A stretch of 59,339 bases of DNA from a virus (Duplodnaviria > Caudoviricetes), in the IMG/VR virus record IMGVR_UViG_3300028883_000010, positions 1 to 59,339 of that record; one strand, 5' to 3'. Every line of letters starts with the position of its first letter. Position 1 is the stretch's first letter. Shown here piece after piece: positions 21,501 to 28,266 of this stretch. Made by a program: the position numbers and the translations under genes. The notes below the pieces were generated by a model that was given only the letters and a program-made list of their open reading frames with translations, was not told where the DNA came from and did no database searches.

Positions 21501-24500
21501 CGCCTGGACACCCGGGGAGGTTCAGGCCGCCCGGTACGACCTGAGCAAGCATATCAAGGAAATCAATTACGAACAGGATACCGACGGGTCCGACAATTAC
21601 GACCTCCAGGCGATAGGCCATGACGGTAAAGAGGCCTTTTCCGAGGAAGACATCACCATCGCCCGTATCGAAGAACTGGTCGGAAAAGAAATTGCCCAGA
21701 AAATCCAGTCCGGTGAAGGCCGCGACGATTCGAGCGAGTACCGGAGTTGGCGTTCTCTTTCTGGTCTTGATCTGAAAGTCGGCGGCGAAGGCATGAGGGA
21801 ATTCTATGACAAGATCCTACCCGCCGAGGTCAATAAATTCTTTGGTAAGAAAGCTTGGGGCAAGGCCCGGGTGGGGACGACCGAGGTCATAATCCCCAAA
21901 GCGCCGAAACTCCCGCCAACGCATAAACCATACCCCCTTGAGGTGTGGTCTCTACCCATAACCCCCGAAATGAGAGCTATGGCCCTGTTCGAGGGTATGC
22001 CGACCTTTGCCGGGGTGCCTAAGAAATCGGTAAAGGCCTATAAGCTGTTCCGGACCCTGAAAAGCAAGCCCGGTGAGCTATTCCCCCTCTTTATCGGTAA
22101 AACAAAGCCCGTCGCGGTAGGCAAATGGGTTGACGGGGAGTTCATCCCCACCAAAGGCTTTGCACAGCGCCCGGGATGGCACGCCGGCGCTCTGCCGATC
22201 GCTCCGCATTTGCGGCAGAAGGCAACCGGCAAAATTGCGCCTGATCGGGTATGGGCGGAAGTCGAAATGCCAGCGGACAAAGATTGGCAGCAGACAGCCG
22301 ACCAGAGCCCGACCCGGGACATCCGGGACCAAATCCCCGAAGATGGCCATTATCGATTCAAAACCAGCAAGCTGCAGGGCGGCGCCTGGATGATCGGCGG
22401 CGGAGTCAAGGTCAATCGGATCTTAACCGACTCCGAAGTTGCACAGGTGCTGCGCGAGGCTGGATTCGCAGACGACGAGATCACAAACGAACTGCATGAC
22501 CCGAAATCCTTAGACGAGGCCCCGACTTTTTCCCGCCCAGGCCCCCAGAAGGTTTCAGACGTGCTGCCCGCGGAAGTTGCCAGGCGCATGGCCGCGGCCA
22601 AGGGTGTTGACAAGACCCGGTTCATGGACCGTCTGAAAGCTGCCGGCCGCAAGATCAAAGAGGAGGCCGCCCACTTCCCGGGGCTCACCCGGATAGAGGA
22701 CGTCAATCAGCGGGCCGTTTACAAGGAGATCCTGCGGCAGCATCAGGAAATACCGAGCAAGGCCCAGGACGCGGCCGCCCGGGCCATCAAGGGCTTTCTG
22801 GCAGACCTGACGCCCGAGGAATACGATATGTATTCACTCCGGATCATTCTTGGCGACGAAATGCGGTGCATTGAAGACGGGCAGCGCACAGAAAAGAACC
22901 TGCCATTTGGATTCAAATCGTTTGCCGAGCTTGGCAATAGTTTTGATGGCCTGAACAGCATCATCAACCATAACCCCAGGGTAAAAAAGGCCCTGGCCAA
23001 ACGGAAGGCTTTTCAACGCGATTTGGCACAGAGCCTGGTTGACATGCAGGTCTTGAAACCGGAAATTCTCAAATCGGACGAATATTTCCACCACCAGGTA
23101 CTTGAGTACTGGAATGCAAAGGAGGCGGAATTCAAAGGCATCGGTGTTTCGTCCAGTGACGCCCGGTCTCACTGGCGGCCCTGGATGGCCAGCCGGAAGG
23201 ACAGCGCCAAGGATTACAACACGGAATATGCAGAGGCCGAGCTGATGACAGTGGCCCAGATGATTGGCCAGGTTGAAACGGCAAAGAGCCTGCGGCGTCT
23301 ACGGCAGGAATCCGACATTCTCGGCGACCTGAATTCGATTGCCAAACAGAATAACCATCAAGCCGTCTGGGATGCGTTCCAGTTCAACCCGGCGACGTCA
23401 GACCCCAAAGACGATCCATTTTTACCCTACCGGCAGGCCATCGCCATGGGCATTCAAAACCTGGTGAAGATGGCCGGCAAGGAACAACTTGAATATGACA
23501 GCGAGTTTCAGGACGTTGTTGACGATCTGATGGACCAATACTATGCCGGCAAGGATGAGGAATACGATTACCCTGGCAAGATCATGGACTCCGGCCGTTT
23601 CTTTCATTTTCTGAGTCACCAAATCAATGCCAAGCTCAACGGGTCCGGGCACGCGGCCACCATCTTCAAGGGCATCAAAAGCCGCGAACAGTTTACCAAG
23701 GATGTTTTGGGAGACGCCTTCCAGACCGGTCTGGACATCATCCCCGAGGGATACACCCGCTGGCAGCCGGACAAAAACAAGGGCTGGTTCTGGACAAACT
23801 CCATTGCCGACAACGTCCTTGAAAAAGTTGTGTCCGGTGAAAAATCCCTGGAGGATAAAGACGTTCGTAAGGTCCTGGCCAAGGGCCGGAGCGTTTACTG
23901 GGTAGTGCCCGAGGGCCTGGCCGATACCATGGACAATTTCCGGCCGGTCCAAAAGGAAGGCATGTTCGGAAACATGCTGACGAACACCATGCAGGCATGG
24001 AAACAGTACATCCTGATGAACCCCCTGTCGGTGGTCAAATACAACGTCAACAATATGTCCGGCGACATGGACGCGGTCCTTGCCTGCGATCCTCAGATAA
24101 TGAAGTACGCCAAAAAGGCGCTTTCCGACCTGCGGCCATGGATGAAGCACGATCCGGCAGCCAGCCGGGCCCTAGACGAAGCCCGGGACCTTGGCGTCAT
24201 TGGCAGCGGGTTTTCCGTCCAGGAGGTTGAAGACACCCTCAAGGTTCTCGGGACCGATCGACTTTTGAATGACGTCTTTCTCGGAAAAAGCCCGGGGCTC
24301 ACTCAGAAATATTGGACAAGCGTCAAAACTTTGACGACCCTGCGGGAGAACATGCTTCGGCTGGCCGCCTTCCGGTATTTTCAGGATGCCATCAAAAATC
24401 GGGAGCGCGGGACCCTGAAAAATTACGGGGCCTCGAATCCCAAAGAGGTTGACGCCCTCATCAGAAACGGCATGACCAAGGATGCCGCCGCCAAGCTGGC

Positions 24501-25569
24501 CCGGGAACTTCTGGGGGACTACGGCGCCATTTCCCGGCATGGCGAATATCTCAGATCCCATATGATCCCCTTTTATAGCTGGCTGGAAATCAACACTCCT
24601 CGCTATGTCTATATGATGCGGAATCTGAAATACAATTCCGGCGAGGTCACCGGCGGCAAGGCCCGGATTGCCGGGACCCTGGCCAAACGGGGCAGCGTGT
24701 TTGCGCTCAAAGCGGGCATGCTGTTTGCGGCCGTGAGCCTTTATAACGCCGTCGTCTGGCCGGAGGAGGAGGAGGAACTCGGGGAGGCCGGCCGCCGGCA
24801 GCTGCATATTATTCTTGGTCGGCGGGCGGACGGATCCATTATCACCCTTCGGTTTCAGGGGGCCTTGTCAGATGCGCTTTCCTGGTTCGGCGCCGAGGAT
24901 TTTCCGAATGACGTTCGAGAGGTCACCCAGGGCAAGGCTTCCATAGGCGACAAACTCAAAGAGGCGTCAAAGGCCGTTGCAAACAAGGGCCTGCAGGGAT
25001 TCCGGCCGGATGTGAAAATCTTATTTGAAAGCCTCACCGGGAAAAAGCTTTATCCGAATGCGTTTTCCCCGCGGCCGGTCCGGGATAAAGTCGAAAACAT
25101 CCTATCAACGGTCAAGCTGAACCTGCCCTATCAGTGGGCGATGGGCAGACCGCACCGGGGCTCCAGTGTCCCGGAACAGCTGGCCAACGATTTGACGAGT
25201 ATCCTGCTTTACACGACCGAGCCAGGGGTACAGGCTTATTACGATGCCCGCCGGATGGTATTTGACTGGCAGGATAAAAAGGGCATTGAAAAGAACTATG
25301 GGCAGCCGACCAGCAAGGGAAACGCCCTGTACTACTACAAACAGGCCATGAAATATGGCGACCTGCGGGCGGCCAAAAAATACCTGAAAGAATATCAGAA
25401 GCTCGGCGGCACAAAGACCGGCCTGAAACAGTCTATCCGGATGATGCACCCGCTTTCCGGAATCAAACAGACACAGCGGGCCGCATTTGTCCGCGGGCTG
25501 TCGGCAAAAGAGCGGGCCACAGTGGAACGCGGTATCACCTGGTACCGAAAAACATACATGAAGAATTAA
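9526..25569 (+). CDS. Giant polyvalent/DarB-like internal virion protein (2H phosphoesterase, GGDEF-like, N6-MTase, Strawberry-notch helicase, zincin peptidase, LPD38-like C-terminus)
   Basis: 5347 aa; HVT (12295) and HAT (12520); SGDEF (12997); EPSAG and NPPF (15199); GDGTGVGKG, DESH, QGLGRTHRSNQ; HEFVH (19903); LEEIQSDW; AGGAG SD. Confidence 0.85.
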   Translation: MGYPSTDDLFAQDLETISSDFARLTGKTDSSQEARPADLTPAEAADHQFFSETSSKYRQLTGQEGDPFVPDSQKSREQLAKENMETRSEFTRNLLSGIDDTQGLLYGAAGLVGKAFHSDTLRDWGFENYKRNIEEASLNPSTFNSVSEVDWTSPGDVGTWFAGVIGKLTPTMAEIMAASTIGTVIAPGAGTVTGAFSRGIIKKAMRNKVAKAMESKAVQAVAAKSGEAAARKAAERLVAKEVGGNIGLVLGSTALEAGGMWAEGAEEFGVENSNEWTAAALGLLSGATELVAPSGTFVRRALGLKEVTRGITKETAKKLVQRAGSGQFIKAMIKAVPGTMAKEGTQEFVQEFISTLNMFVQDPEEKLFSPENIHRYIDSAAAGAAAGVLFGLGEGYSGHKSRLNEARDILARRQAAADAEEDADIAAAEAAENGPAAGKTDDINAPANPEAAANEFTDEELAAAAAARAEGKTADARAAMDQANEVMQAKQAQLDNLSRFKNPSKKQQALIKKLKKELNANYGSPDAMIINSAEESARAYEDQLSESQKVVTRQKTKDAIEAIMQTTGKSAQQAAQDIKNGAEIHWNRMVRKGAPDAKKFQEERPDLVSLIDGLRNAPSREAAEEAIKNHKLDEIRDNVGGRLTEASSEALTQVRQQYEHEGRSDLVAMIDSELSTRNIATALSPKNNKERFVTLGGAIRAMGGINPAGLKSDYLAQYKDAGKAKLFNKGGVEIEKAQTGLVRAGWMLPSEDLAGILTHNPDALKRGKLDAEPKTKNQKAAAAEIDESTNVDVEAPPDYDKEGAYKKELAGDLAEGTEATMVIDGQWDKYKVVENDPLGDGVTLQDGKQITIPAGKEVEILVSDIKGIEATENERDQVHDYSSTQVDIPGPAADEIRELGQLIPDEELYTDPKDPSYGREEKPHVTVKYGVHSADPKSIESALAGVGPFKVTMGKVSIFESDDYDVVKVDVESPELRALNKKIAESTSVTDTFPDYHPHATIAYVKKGEGQKYVGENSLEGKEITMNALTFSGKDGKESVFDLTERRRAAGKPKAGEQRSGNDRRQDTEYRKRIDEMTHDEAIAELKKDSTGLTNLLSKRAYEEDQNKKPIQVMFDMDGLGYINDHVEGGHSLGDKAISLFGRAIEKSSLGKDGVHFSGDEFGTQAVSLDEVETAKAEIRAFLEARPLEIIIDDVKYHHVLQFSTGTGDTLKNADKNLIARKGEKEREGTRPAKGSGLAAITRIDRGRGEGDVSQTGGSGTPGETAEAEPGKEGVAPEPPAPADPREKFTQDIERTGFAIDPKGRSYKIMQSDAGGFYVRITEDGFRTDLGGDPRGGGWTLGEAQAKAIDRAFPAKPAKPTKKEKALADYKAYVDSLTDEQREAVKDHTPEEPASPASQILKIKKMLANLKAPENVESAWDSQTPESRGMIAEMLGMVAAGSPSSHYTEIAFKNLSDIDKEVITKAKDQWEGRTFSRIAIGDNVQPRKGSEVPKSMAGAVTHIKRDYKTGQEKIKTENSGNLYFHNYDLEKVKRKKTPAEIEAELDDFFKDERVPVGSVRKAWDRLPYDARLKAMEAINAPSGIHEYVASREWADIGPETQRRLARDRDKWMPTQEPAGISIDDENAEKVGKDWDKELTKYGRRQVALKMGWNSSSAERIAKTLWQHLTDAAKKVLIRSHEKWAPTVKDKTPDHGKPGASEKLSFFIGKQIAEGKTTSWQALFKEADKAFGGTQAAGAYTPKDAYDAMELAVNRFISKRPNLYSPDTIFEVVDAQKTITRLQNLISLLPTQTKRTREMDQFQQFSTPPGLAYAAAWAARPTAKDTVMEPSAGVGGLAVFGKTAGAKTIVNELSPRRAELLKLMGFDRVFTENGEQLNNILPADVKPTVVLMNPPFSATAGRTQKNNTMNGARHIEQALARLAPGGRLVAIVGRGMADDRPSFKKWWTRMKAKYNVRANIGISGKEYAKYGTTFDNQILVIDKDGPTNGNIVTGFVEKFKDLPAKLWEVRNDRPAIDQEGQSSSPQSEDTDVTTQGGNPPADGSGPGPESAGLGTGKGPDNGGRTGGLESGNESANNESGSSGTDGTVKSGRNDDSSKHRPDKDRGGNGRGDSVSPGINDKELSLDELSDLFDEVAAEEGLIEKPTEAPAPPTSKGKPTLKGAATHAGKGAKKGLEAVADILKGLNQTGAIGDNLPPLIHPEAYAQAKEHLAESYNEFVAAGNEIKEWIRYALKRLTELGAPVGMSKNWILNFYAKDRPAPPEKPAETGVENVENKAEGKLTDSLYEVYRPRAAIAGSRQHPTPLVESAAMAATQAPPINYKLSISKVAIEGDPADPSKGISDIQLEAIAYAGAAHEKILPSGERKGFFIGDGTGVGKGRQISGIIWDNWNKGRKKAVWISEKWSLLKDANRDLTNVGWKEGPDLLFSQKDTDVGNAIKKKEGILFTAYSTARGGFDRIRDDISEHDTIAARRQDNDMSIRINQIIKWCGKDFDGVIAFDESHNMANAAPTKGTRGTKAASKQALAGIYLQKKLPKARVVYVSATGATEVENLVYARRLGLWGAETPFRSARDFVSKIAAGGVAAMEMVAGNMKSLGLYLARSLTYDGVKYDRMTHKLSDAQAKKYNELAQAWQIVLQNINEAVELTGCSKGQAAMSQFWGAHLRFFNQIITTMEMPSVIKAVKKDLAEGRTAVLQLIDTNEAAQNRALASLQQGQELEDLDITPRNDLIAYLENGFPVQEYETVTDEHGHEVKQPVVDSEGKPVLNAEAVQMRDDLILRIMSIKMPNGPLDYLLNEIGHENVAEVTGRSRRLEPDPETGRLKIVRRTPKHSEAETEEFDAGKRRVLIFSEAGATGRSYHADRTIENQELRRHYLVQPGWRADKAVQGLGRTHRSNQAQPPEFTLCTTDLKAQARFLSSIARRLDQLGALTRGQRQTGSQGIFQARDNLENAYARDALKTLLEDIHAGDVPGITVDDVREQMGIDLEAGDTLPDVATTQFLNRMLSMTIDMQNLTFDAFTSRMDRIIQAHSDAGTLDVGIETITGTSVRQIDSQVIRTDETGAETKYVQLDVDNPAAINDFDSIAEMFAGRGGFVRNLKSGKVWRTSPERDRTTSTGEVVGYRMLISPGNTHQRIDVNKLTPDKYEPLSKVEAQAYWEAEYEALPKVTTDKYHIITGAILPIWDRLGGKATIYRFQTDDGSRFLGRAIPQAQLQATMRSLDIEAGKVKYTGKQVVDAALTQGTKFSLEHRWFIEPVMVSGDQRIELKGPDYDDLDWMDRLGIINERIGWQARYFVPTDKRAAGIIDDVINRHPVIAIESGKRGGANMRLDSDTTFSRPSPSETDTTNKRIDEYGGRPISKETSPSQPGKVTENSKKLHETIAKLFDHLPKNTFTEVAADDVGDPSTSFARRLADIYGKKISFFHNAHPETFRFDGVSTGPLKGTVFVNADSKKPHLVIAGHEFVHEMRRDQPELYREFARTMEGMLKNFTDFKAYFDSLTTRDGTGKLSDDRIFEELLADFVGEQMMTKKFWRDFSQGKPSLFEKIATMFMNFLDKVLSQIKVSKGSEQYFNDLERARKAAAGAMSEYATRQAAGQGRNKTALSNEIADVWHSQMEGALAQKLPGKGSPAQFKQMIQAWAKKGQIKAEELEWSGLLDWLDNGLYEKRLDDLTGELTVRQFNEKGDNHWQAQAKKAAQKVSKTEVMDFLKSNRLQVKEINRGGPDPYTRTAQDWRRYLVDEMYVREAEAEDMTDQEIYGFVGEEISAGTIHNTRYENYQEPGGRNYRELLITLPPKTPAAVTAYHKALQDMAKKYGADYLELASFGHARENLFKRMPTLEVADFREIEAAYLKARNEFEGDNYQSGHWSEKNVLSHVRFNERTDADGARVLFLEEIQSDWHQAGRKEGYAKDITGWSAVRTGRKNERGRAEWTVKNPDGDVQGTVFAIREQGAIRRVAKAPVNAPPDAPWKKTWPIKTFQRMVRYAAENGFDKIAWTPGEVQAARYDLSKHIKEINYEQDTDGSDNYDLQAIGHDGKEAFSEEDITIARIEELVGKEIAQKIQSGEGRDDSSEYRSWRSLSGLDLKVGGEGMREFYDKILPAEVNKFFGKKAWGKARVGTTEVIIPKAPKLPPTHKPYPLEVWSLPITPEMRAMALFEGMPTFAGVPKKSVKAYKLFRTLKSKPGELFPLFIGKTKPVAVGKWVDGEFIPTKGFAQRPGWHAGALPIAPHLRQKATGKIAPDRVWAEVEMPADKDWQQTADQSPTRDIRDQIPEDGHYRFKTSKLQGGAWMIGGGVKVNRILTDSEVAQVLREAGFADDEITNELHDPKSLDEAPTFSRPGPQKVSDVLPAEVARRMAAAKGVDKTRFMDRLKAAGRKIKEEAAHFPGLTRIEDVNQRAVYKEILRQHQEIPSKAQDAAARAIKGFLADLTPEEYDMYSLRIILGDEMRCIEDGQRTEKNLPFGFKSFAELGNSFDGLNSIINHNPRVKKALAKRKAFQRDLAQSLVDMQVLKPEILKSDEYFHHQVLEYWNAKEAEFKGIGVSSSDARSHWRPWMASRKDSAKDYNTEYAEAELMTVAQMIGQVETAKSLRRLRQESDILGDLNSIAKQNNHQAVWDAFQFNPATSDPKDDPFLPYRQAIAMGIQNLVKMAGKEQLEYDSEFQDVVDDLMDQYYAGKDEEYDYPGKIMDSGRFFHFLSHQINAKLNGSGHAATIFKGIKSREQFTKDVLGDAFQTGLDIIPEGYTRWQPDKNKGWFWTNSIADNVLEKVVSGEKSLEDKDVRKVLAKGRSVYWVVPEGLADTMDNFRPVQKEGMFGNMLTNTMQAWKQYILMNPLSVVKYNVNNMSGDMDAVLACDPQIMKYAKKALSDLRPWMKHDPAASRALDEARDLGVIGSGFSVQEVEDTLKVLGTDRLLNDVFLGKSPGLTQKYWTSVKTLTTLRENMLRLAAFRYFQDAIKNRERGTLKNYGASNPKEVDALIRNGMTKDAAAKLARELLGDYGAISRHGEYLRSHMIPFYSWLEINTPRYVYMMRNLKYNSGEVTGGKARIAGTLAKRGSVFALKAGMLFAAVSLYNAVVWPEEEEELGEAGRRQLHIILGRRADGSIITLRFQGALSDALSWFGAEDFPNDVREVTQGKASIGDKLKEASKAVANKGLQGFRPDVKILFESLTGKKLYPNAFSPRPVRDKVENILSTVKLNLPYQWAMGRPHRGSSVPEQLANDLTSILLYTTEPGVQAYYDARRMVFDWQDKKGIEKNYGQPTSKGNALYYYKQAMKYGDLRAAKKYLKEYQKLGGTKTGLKQSIRMMHPLSGIKQTQRAAFVRGLSAKERATVERGITWYRKTYMKN
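13163..13351 (+). CDS. Possible nested (+1 frame) small protein overprinted at the end of the GGDEF-like domain
   Basis: AGGAG 12 nt upstream; RQLRELIEAGGKVTSVKLEGVELLE is protein-like; host frame becomes a Gly/Ser linker with A/T-ending codons. Confidence 0.35.
   Translation: MRIKTLSPEKAKKNEKAPDRPKVLDSRQLRELIEAGGKVTSVKLEGVELLEKPPKQSPEKKE
15554..15892 (+). CDS. Nested (+1 frame) 112-aa helical protein overprinted in the linker between MTase and helicase
   Basis: GGAGGT-N5-ATG; MTDLQSIRKANLHPLNQKILTLLRKEG...VLNLLDWALEKGLI...AEEMAEEIAYLLELMTKN; host frame is low-complexity G/S/N/D across exactly this span. Confidence 0.7.
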   Translation: MTDLQSIRKANLHPLNQKILTLLRKEGIPPRTDRVQVLNLLDWALEKGLITEEEPEVWSLATSLPIMNLDPAELMERLNPEETMTAQSIGRIKTAEEMAEEIAYLLELMTKN

Positions 25570-25590
25570 TTATTTTTAACGAGGGGGGCC

Positions 25591-26052
25591 TTGATCATGC
25601 AGAAATTGAAAAACTTTTTTATCCTGATGGTAACATTTCTTGCCCTGGCGCTTTTGATCACCTGTGCGATTGCCGGCAACGCCGGGGCTGTAACCCTGGC
25701 ATGGGATTCGCCATCTGACAACCCAACCGGCTATACACTCTATTTCGGGCCGGATGGTGACACCAGCAAATACCGAAAGTCGTTTCCGGCTGCCGACGTT
25801 GCGAATGATGACACGCAGTGCCGGTATGACATCGATGATGGGTATTTCCCAATTGGCGAACCGGCGACATTTACGCTTTACGCCTACGATGCCAACGGGG
25901 TTTCCGGCCCGTCAAATAGCCCGACCTGGACACGGCCGGCCTATGCGCCGCCACCCGATGTTTTGCCGCCGGCCGACGAGTCGCAGCCGCCGGCGCCTCC
26001 TGGAAATCCAGTCATTTCCTTCACGTTCAATTTTGCGGCTCCGGTCCAGTAA
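25591..26052 (+). CDS. Secreted fibronectin type III-like protein with Pro-rich tail
   Basis: Signal peptide, VTLAWD...GYTLYFG...LYAYD..G.SGPSN. Confidence 0.65.
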   Translation: MIMQKLKNFFILMVTFLALALLITCAIAGNAGAVTLAWDSPSDNPTGYTLYFGPDGDTSKYRKSFPAADVANDDTQCRYDIDDGYFPIGEPATFTLYAYDANGVSGPSNSPTWTRPAYAPPPDVLPPADESQPPAPPGNPVISFTFNFAAPVQ

Positions 26053-26084
26053 CCCGCTACCAGAAACTCAGCAGAGGAAGAACC

Positions 26085-26444
26085 ATGGCACTCACAAAAG
26101 CGGACAGAGAGGAAATAGCCGAGATTATCACAACGGCGGTATCAAGCAGTATGCGGGAGATGGCGCCGGCCTGCGGCCTGCTGCCCAAGGATACACAGGA
26201 CGAAATCCCAAAATTTATGCCGCATTTCATGGGCATGGTCAAGGACATCGGGCATGGCGACTATGCCCATGGGATTGAGACCCTGCGCGTTAACCTGAAA
26301 ACCATTTCCGGAATCCGGACGGTATCGTCTCAATTCATGACAAGGGTGGTTGCCGTCCTGGCCGCTGGCCTTACCGGGGCAATCATTTGGTGTTTGATCA
26401 ATGGCGCCCATGCCTGGGCGAAGCTGAAAGGATGGGTTGAATGA
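26085..26444 (+). CDS. Membrane protein of the lysis cassette (holin/antiholin-like)
   Basis: Single C-terminal TM helix; GAGGA SD. Confidence 0.5.
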   Translation: MALTKADREEIAEIITTAVSSSMREMAPACGLLPKDTQDEIPKFMPHFMGMVKDIGHGDYAHGIETLRVNLKTISGIRTVSSQFMTRVVAVLAAGLTGAIIWCLINGAHAWAKLKGWVE

Positions 26445-26851
26445 TACTGCCGACAGTTGATCTGATACGGATGGAAAACAGTTTTGACGGCGGCGCCCTG
26501 GGTGCCCTGCGGATCGGGAAAAAGCTTTTTTGTACGACCCTGGAGCCGGCAGACCGCGGAAACAAACCGGACGTTTCCTGTATCCCCCCCGGGCAATACC
26601 TTTGCCGCCGGGTCCAGAGCCCCAGATTCTGGGATACATTCGAGGTTCTGAATGTTCCGGGGCGGACCCTCATCTTGTTTCACCCTGGAAACAGGATGCA
26701 AGACACAGAGGGCTGTATTCTGATTGGTCGGACCTGGGGGCAGCTGGAAGGGGATAGGGCAGTATTGAATTCCGGAAACACCTTTGAACGGTTCATGATT
26801 GAAATGAAGGGTGTTGACGAATTCATTTTGACCATCACGGAAAATTATTGA
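26441..26851 (+). CDS. DUF5675-family putative endolysin
   Basis: CTTLEP, SCIPPGQY, VPGRTLILFHPGN, DTEGCILIG motifs. Confidence 0.75.
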   Translation: MILPTVDLIRMENSFDGGALGALRIGKKLFCTTLEPADRGNKPDVSCIPPGQYLCRRVQSPRFWDTFEVLNVPGRTLILFHPGNRMQDTEGCILIGRTWGQLEGDRAVLNSGNTFERFMIEMKGVDEFILTITENY

Positions 26852-26864
26852 AAGGAGAACCCTC

Positions 26865-27047
26865 ATGAAAAAAATTACAGCGATCATTGACTATCTGAAG
26901 CAGCCCTCGACATTAAAGGGCTTGGTTGCCCTGGCCGGCTTACTCGGCTATGCTGTTACACCCGAACAGCTATCAGCGTATGCGTTGATTTTGCCTTTAA
27001 TCGTCGGCTTGTTTGAAGTCGTCAGGAATGAGGATAAAGCAAAATGA
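26865..27047 (+). CDS. Putative holin
   Basis: 60 aa, two TM helices, LKQPSTLKGL motif, charged C-terminus. Confidence 0.65.
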   Translation: MKKITAIIDYLKQPSTLKGLVALAGLLGYAVTPEQLSAYALILPLIVGLFEVVRNEDKAK

Positions 27048-27583
27048 TAAACGAGCGGAAAATAAAAGGCCCTGAAGACCTGAAAGAGATCTCCCCGGAC
27101 CTGTTTCCGCTGCCAGTGTTCAGCTACGCTATCGGATCACCGGTGGCGTCGCTGATCGCTGCCAAGGAAAAGGGCGTCTATAACCATTATATGTGGCTCA
27201 TCGATGCCGAGACGATTGCAACTCAGGATTGGATTTTTAAACAATCGCCGGTTGAAAAGTACATGCAGGGCCGGCATGCTCTTAAATTCGTGTGCATGCC
27301 TGGATGGAAAAAATTAAAACGGGCCATGCTCAAAGCCTTTATTGTACGGGACCTGGACCGGCCATGGTACCGCCGGTTATACGACATCCCGGCAATTATA
27401 GGCCAGGCAATCAATTGTGAGTGGCTGCAGATTCCGGGGTTTGACATCTGCAGCGACAAGGCCCGGCACTTGGCCAAAGTGGATCCACGGTATAACCTGG
27501 CCCACCCGTCGCCGACCAACATCAATCAGTGGATGAAACAGACGGAAGGCTATGAGGTTTGGGGGCGGTATCGGCTGGATTGA
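27044..27583 (+). CDS. Permuted papain-like (YaeF/YiiX-like) amidase
   Basis: His (YNHYMW) precedes Cys (DICSD); YD..AIIGQ and PSPTNI motifs. Confidence 0.55.
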   Translation: MINERKIKGPEDLKEISPDLFPLPVFSYAIGSPVASLIAAKEKGVYNHYMWLIDAETIATQDWIFKQSPVEKYMQGRHALKFVCMPGWKKLKRAMLKAFIVRDLDRPWYRRLYDIPAIIGQAINCEWLQIPGFDICSDKARHLAKVDPRYNLAHPSPTNINQWMKQTEGYEVWGRYRLD

Positions 27584-27866
27584 AAAATTCAAACTCAACC
27601 ACGACTTCTGGAATGTCTATCAACCATTGGTCAGGCAAGAAATCATCCTCATGCACATCCAAAATGGTGGCTTCTCGGCTTGAGGTGAATGGGGCATAAA
27701 TATGTTTAGTCGGCCCTCCACCTTCCGGGGTGTACGGTTTTCCGTCTGGCTTGAAAAATTTGATTGTTTGAAAATCAATTTTACCGAACTTTTCAACAAG
27801 AAATTGAGGATCAAGAATCCAACTGGGCAATGCGGTCAGCATGTTGGTTAATTTTATTTTCATCAT
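27522..27866 (-). CDS. Hypothetical moron-like protein beside attP
   Basis: 114 aa, AT-rich, AAGGA SD, convergent on the lysis genes. Confidence 0.5.
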   Translation of the reverse strand: MMKIKLTNMLTALPSWILDPQFLVEKFGKIDFQTIKFFKPDGKPYTPEGGGPTKHIYAPFTSSREATILDVHEDDFLPDQWLIDIPEVVVEFEFFNPADTAPKPHSLPSVSSTD

Positions 27867-27904
27867 ACGGTCCTTTTAATTTGTCGGTTGACTGCGGTGT
27901 GTAT

Positions 27905-28054
27905 TTACCCCTTGGGCCACGGCCTATCCGCAGCTTTCCTCTCTCTCAGTTCTTGATATACTTCCAGAAAACGCCGTTCGAGACTTAGATAGCAAACAAC
28001 AGCTTGTTCTTTGCTGTCAAACAGGTCCTCAAATTTGGTTTCATCGTAGAGCAT
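27905..28054 (-). CDS. Small hypothetical protein beside attP
   Basis: AAGGGAG SD, MLYDETKFEDLF..., 49 aa. Confidence 0.5.
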   Translation of the reverse strand: MLYDETKFEDLFDSKEQAVVCYLSLERRFLEVYQELRERKAADRPWPKG

Positions 28055-28170
28055 TTGATCTCCCTTGTGTTTTTGGCCATGATATGAGAAATACTTTTTG
28101 CAAACTTTACGCAGAGAGCGCAAAGAAAAGCCCGGTTTAGGCCGGTTTAGGCAGGTTTGAGAATTCCAAC

Positions 28171-28209
28171 AAAAAAAGGATTTCGGCCATATGTGCCTGA
28201 AATCCTTTT
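28171..28209 (-). terminator. Intrinsic terminator downstream of the tRNA 3' fragment
   Basis: AAAAGGATTTC...GAAATCCTTTT inverted repeat with U-tract. Confidence 0.75.
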
Positions 28210-28217
28210 AAATATTC

Positions 28218-28266
28218 TGGAGCCGGCGAGCGGACTTGAACCGCTGGCCTGCTGATTACGAATCAG
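28218..28266 (-). other. attP core = 3' half of tRNA-Thr(CGT)
   Basis: Minus strand CTGATTCGTAATCAGCAGGCCAGCGGTTCAAGTCCGCTCGCCGGCTCCA: anticodon arm (CGT), T-arm, acceptor 3' strand and CCA; 5' half absent; next to the integrase. Confidence 0.9.

Noticed and set aside
28218-28266. Functional tRNA-Thr gene
   Set aside because: D-arm and 5' acceptor strand are absent; it is the attP core
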